Of a stretch of DNA of 64,000 nt, positions 1-9,998 are shown piece after piece; position 1 is the first letter of the stretch; each line of letters starts with the position of its first letter. The DNA lies in the NCBI GenBank assembly GCA_965277805.1, contig OZ255842.1:192001-256000 (forward strand), written 5' to 3'. Source of the DNA: Candidatus Lustribacter sp. (lineage in GTDB: Bacteria; Vulcanimicrobiota; Vulcanimicrobiia; Vulcanimicrobiales; Vulcanimicrobiaceae). Position numbers and translations under genes: made by a program. The notes below the pieces were generated by a model. The model was given only the letters and a program-made list of their open reading frames with translations. It made no database searches and was not told where the DNA came from.

Positions 1-1245
1 CGGTGCGCCGCTCGCCATCGACGCCCACGTGAACGAACCAAAGATGCTTCGCTTTGCACTCGCGCGGAGATAGCGCGCGGCCCAAATGCACGGCGTACCC
101 GTATCGACGCCGAAGAAGGCATCGTCATCGGCGAGACGGTCCAGCGTCGCAACCAAATACTCCGGGCGAATCGGCTTGAGCGAGGGACCGCGTTTCACGT
201 ATTCGGCCAGCGAGTCGTTCCACTCGCCGCTGAGCGCGAGCGCGCGGTCGAGGTGGGTGGTGGCCTCTTTCTCGGCGACCAGCGGCAGCAGCGCTGAGAT
301 CGTATCTTTCACGTTACCGAGTAATCCGAGATCGATCGGCGTGCGCCGGCCGAGGTGTGTGGGATTGCGGTCGATCTGGACTTTCGTGACGCGCTGGTCC
401 GGTAAAAACTCGGAGAACGGGAAGTCCGTTCCGAGCAGCAGCAAGAGCTCGGCCTCGTGCATTGCGTGGCTCGCTCCGCCGAAGCCGATGAGCCCGCTCA
501 TACCGACCGCTTGCGGATTGTCGTGCTCGAGGTACTGCTTGCCGCGAAACGTGTATCCGACCGGCGCCTTGAGTTTGCGCGCGAGGGAAACCACCTGGTC
601 ATGAGCGTCGCGGCAGCCGTCGCCGCCGAAGATCGTCACGTGCGTTGCCGTGTCGATCATTTCCGCCAAGCGGCGCAGATCGGCATCCGCCGGCCGCACG
701 ACCGGTGCGTTGGCGCGGACGATCGGATCGAGCGTCCCCGAGGCTGCCTGCACCGCGATGTCACCGGGTAACGAGATCACGGCCGGCCCGCGGTCGGCGA
801 TCGCCGTGCGGAGCGCCGTTTGCACCACCGCGCGCACTTGATGCGGGTTGATGATCCGGCCCGTGTAGAGCGATGCCGTCTGAAAGAACTGATAGGGGTT
901 GAGTTCTTCGAGCGCTTCGGTGTCGATGATCGATGACTCGACGTCGCCCGCGACGACGATCAGCGGCGCGCCTTCCTTGCGTGCATCGATCATGGCGTTG
1001 ATCAGGTGCGTCACGCCGGGACCGGCCGTTCCGCAGATGGCAACCGGCTGGTCCGTCAAATACGCATCGGCCACGGCCGCGAAACCGCCGTACTCTTCGT
1101 GGCGGACGTGGATGAACTCCACCTTGCCGTTGCGCCGCAGCGCATCGATCGTCGGATTGAGCGCGTCGCCGACGATGCCATAGCAGCGACGCACGCCGGC
1201 AGCGGATAAAAGTTCCCACATCGCGTCGGCGACATTCTTGCTCAT
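1..1245 (-). CDS. poxB: ThDP-dependent pyruvate oxidase/dehydrogenase family protein (3' end beyond window)
   Basis: Manual translation (not in the ORF track): MSKNVADAMWELLSAAGVRRCYGIVGDALNP...HVRHEE...GTAGPGVTHLINAMIDA...LLLLGTDFPF...FGSFTWASMA. GAGGA Shine-Dalgarno before the ATG at 1245; frame open to the window edge. Confidence 0.85.
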   Translation of the reverse strand, partial: MSKNVADAMWELLSAAGVRRCYGIVGDALNPTIDALRRNGKVEFIHVRHEEYGGFAAVADAYLTDQPVAICGTAGPGVTHLINAMIDARKEGAPLIVVAGDVESSIIDTEALEELNPYQFFQTASLYTGRIINPHQVRAVVQTALRTAIADRGPAVISLPGDIAVQAASGTLDPIVRANAPVVRPADADLRRLAEMIDTATHVTIFGGDGCRDAHDQVVSLARKLKAPVGYTFRGKQYLEHDNPQAVGMSGLIGFGGASHAMHEAELLLLLGTDFPFSEFLPDQRVTKVQIDRNPTHLGRRTPIDLGLLGNVKDTISALLPLVAEKEATTHLDRALALSGEWNDSLAEYVKRGPSLKPIRPEYLVATLDRLADDDAFFGVDTGTPCIWAARYLRASAKRSIFGSFTWASMASGAP

Positions 1246-1317
1246 TGCTTCATTCCTCGCGATCTGCCGTCAGGTTACCCCGCGGAAATGCCTGGGAACC
1301 AGAGAGCGCCGCTACCT

Positions 1318-1335
1318 ATTAATGTGCTGTTAAAC
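1318..1335 (+). promoter_or_regulatory. candidate Pho-box-like direct repeat
   Basis: ATTAATGT-GCT-GTTAAAC has TTAA at 1319 and 1330 (11-bp period), an AT-rich island upstream of the MFS-pstS-phosphatase operon. A -10-like CATACT lies at 1361-1366. Confidence 0.4.
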
Positions 1336-1370
1336 GACGCCGACCGGCGGCGTATGGCACCATACTGCTA

Positions 1371-2882
1371 ATGACGAATGGGCAGGCGACCGACACGCCG
1401 CGAGCGCGCACGGTTCAAGATTACATCGATATGCGGCCCGCGTGGCCGGACGGCACGCCGATCGGGTCGACGCCGATGACCGGGATGCAGTGGCTGATCT
1501 GGTCGCTCGCCGCCGCCGGAAAATTCTTCGAGGGACTCGTCGTTTTTATGACGGGCATTGCGCTGCCGCTGATCTCGCGCCAGTTTCACCTCGACGCGGG
1601 CCAAGGCGGCATCGTCGGCGCGGCGACGCTCTTCGGGATCTTGATCGGGGCGATCTCGCTCGGCGGCCTTTCGGACGTGTTCGGCCGCAAACGCATGTTC
1701 GTGGTCGAGATGCTGATCTTCATGGTGTTCTTGGCGATCCTGACGGTGGTACCGGGGTACTGGCCGCTCGTGATTTGCCTGTTCTTCACCGGCGTCGCGC
1801 TTGGTTGTGACTATCCGACGGCGCACATGATCATTTCCGAGAGCACGCCCAGCGCAAAGCGCGGGCAACTCGTGATCGCCGCCTTTGCGTTTCAAGCGGT
1901 CGGCGCGCTGGTCGGTACCGGCGTCGGCTGGCTCGTGCTGCAGGCCGATCCGCAGCTCGATGCCTGGCACTGGATGTTCGCCACCGCGCTGCTGCCGGGG
2001 CTGATCGTCACGGTCTGGCGCTTCTACATCACCGAGAGCGCCTCGTGGCTGTTCGTGCGCGGTCAACACGAAAAGGCCGAAGCGATGGCGAGGCGGCTGC
2101 TGCGCCGCAACCCGCAGTTCCCGAAAGAAATCAAACTGGAGCGCGTCGAAACGCACGCGGAGAAGCCGAACTACGGCGCGCTATTCAACCCGCGCAATTT
2201 GCGCGCGACGATCTTGGCGTCGGTGCCGTGGTTCTTGCAAGATCTGAGCACCTACGGCATCGGCATCTTCACGCCGACGCTGCTGGCAGCCGCGTTCGGC
2301 GGCGCTCCCGACCACGTTCGCAGCACGAGCGACATCATCACGAAAGATATCCTCGCGGCGAAGGGCAGCGCGCTCATCACTTCGATGCTGCTCGTCGGCA
2401 TCACGTTCGCCGTAATCCTGGCGGATAAAGTTGGGCGCATCAAGCTGCAAGTGTTCGGTTTCGCCGGCTGCGCACTCGGGCTGCTCGTTGCGTCGTGCTC
2501 GGTGTATGCCGACGGCTTCGGCAAGATCTTCCTGATCTTCGCGGGTGTCATGCTGTTCAATTTCATGACCGACCTCGGACCGAACGCGCAAACGTACTTG
2601 CTCGCCGGCGAAGTCTTCCCGACCGCGATTCGCGGTTCGGGGGCGGGCTTCGCCGCCGCCTTCGCCAAGGTCGGCGCGGTGCTCACGGCGTTCATGTTCC
2701 CGGTCTTGCTCAAGGGTATCGGTCAACAAGCGCTGTTGCTGATTCTGGTTGCGACCTCGCTCCTCGGCGCGTGGGTAACGTGGGCCTACCGGATCGAGAC
2801 GACCGGCGTCAACCTCGATACGATCGGGACCGAACCGCCGGCCGCGAACGTACCGGTGAAAGCCGTGGCGGTGCCGTCGTGA
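1371..2882 (+). CDS. MFS transporter (sugar porter/phosphate:H+ symporter-like)
   Basis: About 12 hydrophobic segments, MFS motif A (GGLSDVFGRKR; LADKVGRIK), and EVFPTAIRGSG. Its stop overlaps the pstS start. Confidence 0.85.
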   Translation: MTNGQATDTPRARTVQDYIDMRPAWPDGTPIGSTPMTGMQWLIWSLAAAGKFFEGLVVFMTGIALPLISRQFHLDAGQGGIVGAATLFGILIGAISLGGLSDVFGRKRMFVVEMLIFMVFLAILTVVPGYWPLVICLFFTGVALGCDYPTAHMIISESTPSAKRGQLVIAAFAFQAVGALVGTGVGWLVLQADPQLDAWHWMFATALLPGLIVTVWRFYITESASWLFVRGQHEKAEAMARRLLRRNPQFPKEIKLERVETHAEKPNYGALFNPRNLRATILASVPWFLQDLSTYGIGIFTPTLLAAAFGGAPDHVRSTSDIITKDILAAKGSALITSMLLVGITFAVILADKVGRIKLQVFGFAGCALGLLVASCSVYADGFGKIFLIFAGVMLFNFMTDLGPNAQTYLLAGEVFPTAIRGSGAGFAAAFAKVGAVLTAFMFPVLLKGIGQQALLLILVATSLLGAWVTWAYRIETTGVNLDTIGTEPPAANVPVKAVAVPS

Positions 2883-3937
2883 AGCGGCTCGAAGCGGTCG
2901 TTATCATCGCGAGCCTGGCCGCAAGTTCGGCGGCCGTCGCACCGGCAACGGCGGCAGCTTTAACGATAAAAGGCAGCGGCTCGACCTTGATGTATCCCCT
3001 GCTCAATACCTGGACGCAGCAGTATCGCGGAACGTCACCCGGCGTGCGCGTTACGGTCGCGGCAACGGGTTCGGGCGCCGGCATCAAAGCGGCGATTACC
3101 GGAGCGGTGCAGTTCGGCGCATCGGATGCGTATATGACCGACGATCAAATGGCTGCGAACCCCGGCATGCTGAACATTCCGCTTGCGATCTCCTCGCAGC
3201 TGATCGCTTACAACGTGCCGGGCCTCAACCTCACTTCATTGAAGCTCGACGGTCCGACGCTGGCCGGCATTTACACCGGCTCGGTGCGGACATGGGACGC
3301 GCCGTCGATCGTCGCGATGAATCCCGGCGTGAAGCTGCCGCATCAAGACATCATCGCGATCCACCGCAACGACAGCTCCGGCGATTCGTTCATCTTCAGC
3401 CAGTATCTGACGTTCTCGACCGACTCGTGGGAAGACGGCCCGAGCTTCGGAACCGACGTTGCGTGGCCGGCCATTTCCAACGCGAAGGGCGCAACCGGCA
3501 ACGACGGCATGGTGAAGACGCTCGCGGCCACGCCGTACGGGATCGCCTACGTAGGCGGCAGTTTCTTCGGCCAAGTTGCGGGAGCGCATCTCGGTACGGC
3601 GATGCTGCGAAATCAAGCCGGCAACTTCGTCTCGCCCAAGCCCCGCAACGTGCGGGTGGCTGCGGCCGCACTCGATACGCGCACGCCGAAGGACGAACGG
3701 CTGAGCCTCGTCTTCGCTCCGGGCGCCGACTCCTATCCGCTGGTCAACTACGAATATGCGATCGTGGCGGCCAAACAACCCGATCCGGCAACAGCCGCGG
3801 CACTGCGCAACTTTCTGTTGTGGACGATCGACGACGGTCACGGCAACGATCAGAAATTGCTCGACCCGTTGCATTTCGCAACGTTGCCGGAAGCGGTGCG
3901 CGCGCTGAGCGACGCGCAGATCCGTAAAATCGGCTGA
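2879..3937 (+). CDS. pstS: phosphate ABC transporter substrate-binding protein
   Basis: GSGSTLMYP, ATGSGAG, FGASDA, HRNDSSGDSFIF and YPLVNYEY motifs; signal peptide. GTG start overlaps the MFS stop (GTGA). Confidence 0.93.
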   Translation: MKRLEAVVIIASLAASSAAVAPATAAALTIKGSGSTLMYPLLNTWTQQYRGTSPGVRVTVAATGSGAGIKAAITGAVQFGASDAYMTDDQMAANPGMLNIPLAISSQLIAYNVPGLNLTSLKLDGPTLAGIYTGSVRTWDAPSIVAMNPGVKLPHQDIIAIHRNDSSGDSFIFSQYLTFSTDSWEDGPSFGTDVAWPAISNAKGATGNDGMVKTLAATPYGIAYVGGSFFGQVAGAHLGTAMLRNQAGNFVSPKPRNVRVAAAALDTRTPKDERLSLVFAPGADSYPLVNYEYAIVAAKQPDPATAAALRNFLLWTIDDGHGNDQKLLDPLHFATLPEAVRALSDAQIRKIG

Positions 3938-3940
3938 GAC

Positions 3941-5503
3941 TTGGATCTCAGCCGGCGTAAACTGCTCGCCTCCGCCGGCATCGTCGCGGTTGCCGCGTCG
4001 CTCGGCGTTGCGGAAGAAGCGGAGGCTGCGGTTGCTGTTCGACCCGCGAACGATCCGCTCGTTCCGCCCGTGCACGGGCTGCACTTGCAGTTCGGAGCGC
4101 ATGCGGCCTCGGAGATGGTCGTGTCCTGGCACGCGCTGCAAGCCGTCCGCCATCCGCGCGTTTTGCTGGGACGGCGCAACGGTGCGCTCGTGCGAACAAC
4201 GGTTGCCGAAGAATCGACCTACACCGACGCCAAGAGCGGGCAGATCGTCCACACGTATCACGCGAAGCTGACGGGCTTGCAGCCCGGCTCCGCCTATCTC
4301 TATGCGGCGCTGCACGACGGGGCGGAGCCGGAATTCGGGACGTTCCGCACCGTGGCACGCGGACGCGTGCCGCTGACGTTCACGAGCTTCGGCGATCAAG
4401 GGACGCCGACGCTCGGCAAACGCTACGTCCCGCCGCCGGGCGTGGTGATGCCGAATCCGCCATACGTGAATGACAATCTGGGCGGCCCGGCCGGCAGCGA
4501 CACTACCCTCGGCGTCGAGCGCCTGCGGCCGGCGTTTCATCTTTTCAACGGCGATCTCTGTTACGCCAACCTCGCCGACGACCGCGTGCGCACGTGGTGG
4601 GACTTCTGGACGAACAACAGCCGCAGCGCACGTAACCGACCGTGGATGCCTTCTCCGGGCAATCACGAGAACGAACTCGGCAACGGCCCGATCGGCTATC
4701 GCGCCTACCAGACGTATTTCTCGTTACCCCCGGCCGCAGGGCAGACGCCGGTGACGCGCGGGTTGTGGTACTCGTTCACGGCCGGCTCGATGCGCGTGAT
4801 CAGCATCGCCAACGACGACATTGTCTACCAGGACGGCGGCAACACGTACGTACGCGGCTATTCCGGCGGTGCGCAGAAAGCGTGGCTGGAACGCGAATTG
4901 GCGGCGGCTCGGCATGACCGGAACATCGACTGGATCGTCGTCTGCATGCATCAGGTCGCGATCTCGAGCGTCGATCAGTTCAACGGCGCCGACCTCGGGA
5001 TCCGTGAGGAATGGCTGCCGCTGTTCGACCGCTACGGCGTCGATTTGGTCGTGTGCGGACACGAGCATCACTACGAGCGCTCGCATCCGATTCGTGGCCG
5101 GCAATCCAACGCCACCCTCACGCCGATTCCGGTGGCGACCGCAACCGATGTGATCGATACGACCGAAGGCACCGTGCACATGGTGATCGGCGGCGGCGGG
5201 ACCTCGTCACCGTCAAATCAGCTGTTCTTCGATCCGCCGGGCTGCCGCGTGATCACCGCGGTTGCGGCGACGCGCGATCCGGCCACCGGCAAACGGGCGC
5301 CGGTCTATGTAAAAGAAGACGCGCCGTGGTCGGCCGTTCGCAATGCCGCGCATTCGTACGGTTTCGCGGCATTCCGGCTCGATCCGGGATCGCGCCCCGG
5401 CGGCAACACGACGATTACGGTGACCTATTACGACGTCGTCGGCAGCAACGGCGCGATCGCGCCCTTCGAGACGTTCATACTGCGCCGTCCCCGCCGCGAC
5501 TAG
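3941..5503 (+). CDS. Tat-exported purple acid phosphatase family metallophosphoesterase
   Basis: Tat motif SRRKLL; FN3-like N-domain; metallophosphoesterase motifs FGDQG, GDLCYA, GNHE, CMHQ, GHEHHYER. Confidence 0.9.
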   Translation: MDLSRRKLLASAGIVAVAASLGVAEEAEAAVAVRPANDPLVPPVHGLHLQFGAHAASEMVVSWHALQAVRHPRVLLGRRNGALVRTTVAEESTYTDAKSGQIVHTYHAKLTGLQPGSAYLYAALHDGAEPEFGTFRTVARGRVPLTFTSFGDQGTPTLGKRYVPPPGVVMPNPPYVNDNLGGPAGSDTTLGVERLRPAFHLFNGDLCYANLADDRVRTWWDFWTNNSRSARNRPWMPSPGNHENELGNGPIGYRAYQTYFSLPPAAGQTPVTRGLWYSFTAGSMRVISIANDDIVYQDGGNTYVRGYSGGAQKAWLERELAAARHDRNIDWIVVCMHQVAISSVDQFNGADLGIREEWLPLFDRYGVDLVVCGHEHHYERSHPIRGRQSNATLTPIPVATATDVIDTTEGTVHMVIGGGGTSSPSNQLFFDPPGCRVITAVAATRDPATGKRAPVYVKEDAPWSAVRNAAHSYGFAAFRLDPGSRPGGNTTITVTYYDVVGSNGAIAPFETFILRRPRRD

Positions 5504-5561
5504 CGCACGCTCGCGGGGCAGGAAACCGCGCTTGCTTCCTCAAGCCCGTGCGTGAGCAATC

Positions 5562-6659
5562 ATGGACGCCACACTACCGGCAATCGGCCAAGCAGCATTT
5601 CGCGCGTTCTTCGTGTACGATGTCGCGGATACGATCGATCTTGGTTTGCTGCAAACCGTTCGCGGAGCCGGGGTGACGCGCGCGCCGCTGCAACTGCGGC
5701 GTGAGGCCAGCTCTGAATTTATACAATATCCCGTCGCCCCGCTGATCGTCCGCCTGCCCGACTTGGAAGAATACGGCGCCAGCGTCCGGGCGAAAATCTT
5801 CGACTTCGGCGTGGTGTCGATCCGCATCAGCGTGCGATACGACGGCGAGTGGGCCGGATTTGCGGAGCTCGGGCGAAAACTGCGGCGTGACGACCGTTTC
5901 GAGACCCTGGCGCGGGCGACGCTCGAAGACGTGCTGACGGAAATTCGTCCGGCCTTGGTCGAACCGCACACCGTGCTCGTCGAAGATTACTTCGTCTTCG
6001 ATGTCGCGCGCTTCGAACCGCAGATCGACGCGGGCCAGCTCTCCGGCACCTTCGCAGGCGATCTCGCGAAGCTGTTGCTGTTTGAAGTCGAGCCGCTCGA
6101 GTCGCGTCAGCAAGACGAAGCGCTGCGCGTCGCGCTCTCGTATTTTCCCGACGACCTCGTCGTCGTCCAGTGGGACGCCGCGTTCGTCTACGACCGGCCC
6201 GATGGCGCCGAAGCCATCATCGATATCCTCGAGTACGCGAACGCGCAGCTAGTGGAGTTTCGGACCTACGATGCGCGGCTCGACGACGAGCTCGACGCGA
6301 TCTACGCGCTGCAGCCCGGTCGCCGCGAGCGGCGGCATCTGCGTGGCAGAGAGCCGGCGGAGCGGGCCGACCGCGTGCGCTTCCTGCTGGTGGACATCCT
6401 CGAACTCACCGATCGCACGGCCAACGCCCTCAAAGTGATCGGCGATGCGTACTACGCCCGCCTCTATCGCGCGGCGGCGGGACGTCTCGGCCTCGCCGAC
6501 TGGCAAGGTCAAATCGATGCCAAGCTGCGCAGCGTATCCGAGATCTACCGCGTCTATCAGGATCAGGCGCAGTATGCGCGCAGCGAATTTCTCGAGATCG
6601 TCATCATCGTGCTCATCGCCATTGAGGCTGTGATCGGCGTTCTCGCATTGCGCCATTGA
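5562..6659 (+). CDS. conserved protein with single C-terminal TM helix (RMD1/DUF155-like)
   Basis: Coding-like 365-aa ORF with FDFGVVS, a helical stalk and a C-terminal SEFLEIVIIVLIAIE, typical of RMD1/CorA-like tails. Family call by recall. Confidence 0.6.
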   Translation: MDATLPAIGQAAFRAFFVYDVADTIDLGLLQTVRGAGVTRAPLQLRREASSEFIQYPVAPLIVRLPDLEEYGASVRAKIFDFGVVSIRISVRYDGEWAGFAELGRKLRRDDRFETLARATLEDVLTEIRPALVEPHTVLVEDYFVFDVARFEPQIDAGQLSGTFAGDLAKLLLFEVEPLESRQQDEALRVALSYFPDDLVVVQWDAAFVYDRPDGAEAIIDILEYANAQLVEFRTYDARLDDELDAIYALQPGRRERRHLRGREPAERADRVRFLLVDILELTDRTANALKVIGDAYYARLYRAAAGRLGLADWQGQIDAKLRSVSEIYRVYQDQAQYARSEFLEIVIIVLIAIEAVIGVLALRH

Positions 6660-6679
6660 GAAGGCGTACTTACGGAGAC

Positions 6680-7321
6680 TTACTCGCGCGCGTATATGAT
6701 GATTGAGAGATAGGTCATCGGAAGCTTGCGCAAGTCCTCGGGTCCGTGCGGCGCCGATGCATCGAAAAAGAGCGAATCGCCCCTTTTTAGCACGTACGTT
6801 TTGTCGGCATGCCGGTATCCGACCTCACCGGTGAGCATGTAGATAAACTCGACGCCCTGGTGTTGAAAAATGGGATACGGATCGGCGTCGTCGCTCAGGG
6901 TGATGAGATAGGGTTCTACGGCAATTTCGCTTTTGACCGAATGGCCGAGGAGCTGATAGAGGTGGCCTGAACTCGTCCCGCGCCGTTCAATTGGAAGACC
7001 CTTCCCAGCTCGAACGTATGTGGCGTCATGCTTCTCGTCGAACTTGGCAAAAAACGTTCCGATGGGAACGTTGAGCGCACGCGCGAGTGCCTGCAAGGTT
7101 GCAAGTGAAGCCGAGGTCCCGCCATTTTCAATTTTGGACAACATACCGATCGACAACTCGGCCTGCGTCGCCAAGTCCAAAACCGTCATGTCGTTTTTCT
7201 TACGCAGGGCGCGAACTTGACTACCGATGGCAGCTTCGAGCGATTGGCTCTCCGAGGGGCGCGCCCCGCTTTCGGTCCCTATCCGCGCGCCCGGCTTCGG
7301 TCCGGCTTTGTTCGATCGCAT
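6680..7321 (-). CDS. XRE-family HTH + cupin transcriptional regulator
   Basis: HTH (LSIGMLSKIENG) followed by a cupin (FQHQGVEFIYML...GDSLFFDASAPHGP). Regulators of this type commonly flank mgs/gmaS clusters. Confidence 0.9.
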   Translation of the reverse strand: MRSNKAGPKPGARIGTESGARPSESQSLEAAIGSQVRALRKKNDMTVLDLATQAELSIGMLSKIENGGTSASLATLQALARALNVPIGTFFAKFDEKHDATYVRAGKGLPIERRGTSSGHLYQLLGHSVKSEIAVEPYLITLSDDADPYPIFQHQGVEFIYMLTGEVGYRHADKTYVLKRGDSLFFDASAPHGPEDLRKLPMTYLSIIIYARE

Positions 7322-7378
7322 CAGCGCCTCCGTTCCAGCATCCGCTAGGATGTTGGACGGAGGCTGCGATTTACCGGC

Positions 7379-8890
7379 TTAGGACGCGATCTCCTCGGGC
7401 TCCTCGGCGTGGATCACGATCGACTTAGGCGAGGTGCCGTAGCGGCTTCCGATATCCTCGAGGTCCGCCTCGATCTTGCGCATCACGTCGCCCGAGCCGT
7501 TCTTGCGAATGAAGAGCCACCCCACACCGATCGCCAAATAGATTGCGAATGCATACGGGAAGTAGCGTACCGGCGGATCCGGCATCGGATAAAAGCTGCC
7601 GACGATCGGAATGAGCAGAAACAACAGCGCGAGAGCGGAAAGCACCAGTGCGCTGGGCGTCAATATGCCGTTCTTCCTAAGGTACACGGGCGCGGCGATC
7701 GCAATCAGGACGTATCCGATGATGAACCCGTAGGACGACAGCGTTCCGCCGTCATTGAGCAGATCGACGGGCCCGAGGCCCCAGACTTTCATGCAGATGA
7801 AACCGATGGCGAGTGCGATCCCGGCGCACCACGAGACCGATACGTGCGGTGTCGCGTTCACCTTGTGGGTTTCGCCGACGGACGAATGGAGCAGACCGTG
7901 CCGGCTCATGGAGAACAAGACGCGGCAGCCGGCGGTGAAGCTCGCTAGCGTGCAACCGAACGCGCTTACGAGAACCATGACCAGCAGGACCGGGGCAGCC
8001 CAGCCGACGCCGGCAAATTTAGCCATGACGCCCAGGGTGTCGGCGTTACCATCCAGCGTTGTGTGTGTCGCGGCGAAGGCGCCCAACATTCCAAAGCTGC
8101 TCACGGTGTAAAACAGGCACGCGATGACGACGGCGCCGATGACGGCCCGTGGAATCGTCTTGAGCGGATTTTTGGCTTCCTCGCCGAGTGTACTCGAGCT
8201 TTCGAAGCCGATGTCGGCGAAAATCGCTAAGACGAGTCCCAGCGAGAGCCCGCCGAACGAAAAGCCTTGAAGCGTCAATTGGGGAATGTAGAAGTGGAAC
8301 GGGACCTTCACCAAAACCACGGCTAAGAGAATTGCAATCAGCGCCATGCCGCTGAATTCAAGAATGAGCATCAATTTCGTCGACAGGCGGATGTCGCGAT
8401 AGGCGATATACCACGGCACGAGAATCGCGATGGCGTACGTGACGTATGGCCAGATCGCCCCCTTCGGCGATCCGGCTAAAAGCAGCATGAAATTGGCGGC
8501 TGCGCCGGCGAGCGCAATGCCGCAGCCGACGTAGGCAACCAGCCATCCCCACCCGACCATGACGCCCCACGTCGGGCCCAGTCCCATCGTCGTGTACGAA
8601 TACAGTGAACCCGGGGATGCTGATCGCCGCGCGAACTGATTGACGTTCATGCCGACGAGGATGAGTCCGACGCCGGTAAGCAGGTAGGCGAGCCACGTCG
8701 CGTTCCCGGCCGACACAAAGACCAGCGGGATGATGGCAGCCATCGATGCTGACGGTGCGATGACGGCGACCGATTGGGACAATACTTCAAATTGAGACAG
8801 GCAACGTTTTCGTAATCCGTAGTTGCCTGAATGGTGATCACCATCCGTATTCGAGATAGCATCGGATCGCACAACGTTGATCGTGGCCAT
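7379..8890 (-). CDS. APC-family amino acid/amine permease
   Basis: About 12 TM segments; QSVAVIAPS, GFESSSTLGEEAKNP and RVLFSMSR motifs. Divergent from mgsA. Confidence 0.88.
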   Translation of the reverse strand: MATINVVRSDAISNTDGDHHSGNYGLRKRCLSQFEVLSQSVAVIAPSASMAAIIPLVFVSAGNATWLAYLLTGVGLILVGMNVNQFARRSASPGSLYSYTTMGLGPTWGVMVGWGWLVAYVGCGIALAGAAANFMLLLAGSPKGAIWPYVTYAIAILVPWYIAYRDIRLSTKLMLILEFSGMALIAILLAVVLVKVPFHFYIPQLTLQGFSFGGLSLGLVLAIFADIGFESSSTLGEEAKNPLKTIPRAVIGAVVIACLFYTVSSFGMLGAFAATHTTLDGNADTLGVMAKFAGVGWAAPVLLVMVLVSAFGCTLASFTAGCRVLFSMSRHGLLHSSVGETHKVNATPHVSVSWCAGIALAIGFICMKVWGLGPVDLLNDGGTLSSYGFIIGYVLIAIAAPVYLRKNGILTPSALVLSALALLFLLIPIVGSFYPMPDPPVRYFPYAFAIYLAIGVGWLFIRKNGSGDVMRKIEADLEDIGSRYGTSPKSIVIHAEEPEEIAS

Positions 8891-9011
8891 GGCGTCACTC
8901 CGGGAATTCAGGTGATTGGCGCTAAGTTTACGCTGCGTGTGCGCTTCATCAAACTTGCAAATGCGGAACGTATCTACTTATATATACGCCGTTTGGCCGA
9001 CTTTCTCGTCA

Positions 9012-9060
9012 GGAAACTTAGTTTCCGCGCATTGACTATGACGCGATGCCGCGCTACAGT
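9012..9060 (+). promoter_or_regulatory. sigma70-type promoter with upstream palindromic operator for the mgs/gmaS operon
   Basis: GGAAAC-TTA-GTTTCC palindrome (9012-9026), then TTGACT (9032-9037) - 17 nt - TACAGT (9055-9060). Confidence 0.6.
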
Positions 9061-9098
9061 ACCCGGAGACGCGCCGGATTTGGAGCTAATGTTATTTT

Positions 9099-9998
9099 AT
9101 GTGTGGGATCGTTGGAATTTTCTTGAAAGAAGAGCGCCTGAATGCTGACCTCGGCGAGCTCTTGGCGCCGATGCTGCTCTCGATGTCGGAGCGCGGACCG
9201 GACAGCGCCGGCTTTGCCGTTTATGGTACGGGCGCGGACGGGATACGAAAAATGACGCTACACAGCAGTGGGGATGCCTCGCTCGAAAATATTGCCGCCG
9301 ACATCGCGCTCGGCGGCGGCTGCGCCGTTACTGCGACCGTTCGCGGAAATCACTGCGTTCTTGCGGTTGCTGAAGCCGATGTCGACCGCACGGTCGTCTG
9401 GCTTCGCGAGATGCGACCCGAGTTGAACATCACCTCGATCGGCCGGAGCATAGAGATTTATAAAGATACCGGCTTGCCGGGCGAGGTCTGCGATCGCTTC
9501 GGGCTACGCGCGATGCACGGCACCCATGCCATCGGCCACACCCGGATGGCGACCGAGTCGGCGGTCACGACCGACGGCGCGCACCCGTTTTCGACCGGGC
9601 CCGATCAGTGTCTGGTCCACAACGGCTCGCTCTCCAATCACAACTCGCTCCGCCGCAGCCTCATGCACGACGGCCTGCAGTTTCGCACGGAAAACGATAG
9701 CGAGGTTGCGGCGGCATATCTCTCGTGGCGCATGCGACAGGGGTTGAACCTCGGCGGAGCGCTCGAGGCTGCGCTCGCTGACCTCGATGGTTTCTACACC
9801 TTCGTCGTTGGGACGGAGACGGGCTTCGGCGTCTTACGCGATCCGGTCGCATGTAAACCGGCCGTTATGGCGGAGACGGATGCATACGTTGCCTTCGGCT
9901 CCGAATATCGCGCGCTCGCCGCCCTGCCCGGCATCGAACGAGCACGCGTTTGGGAACCCGATCCCGCCACCGTCTATTTTTGGGAGCGCGCCGCTTAG
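9099..9998 (+). CDS. mgsA: N-methylglutamate synthase subunit A (class II glutamine amidotransferase, GlxB)
   Basis: N-terminal MCGIVG nucleophile Cys; RGPDSAG, GHTRMATES, VHNGSLSNHN, NDSEVAA; first gene of the canonical mgsABC-gmaS order. Confidence 0.9.
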   Translation: MCGIVGIFLKEERLNADLGELLAPMLLSMSERGPDSAGFAVYGTGADGIRKMTLHSSGDASLENIAADIALGGGCAVTATVRGNHCVLAVAEADVDRTVVWLREMRPELNITSIGRSIEIYKDTGLPGEVCDRFGLRAMHGTHAIGHTRMATESAVTTDGAHPFSTGPDQCLVHNGSLSNHNSLRRSLMHDGLQFRTENDSEVAAAYLSWRMRQGLNLGGALEAALADLDGFYTFVVGTETGFGVLRDPVACKPAVMAETDAYVAFGSEYRALAALPGIERARVWEPDPATVYFWERAA

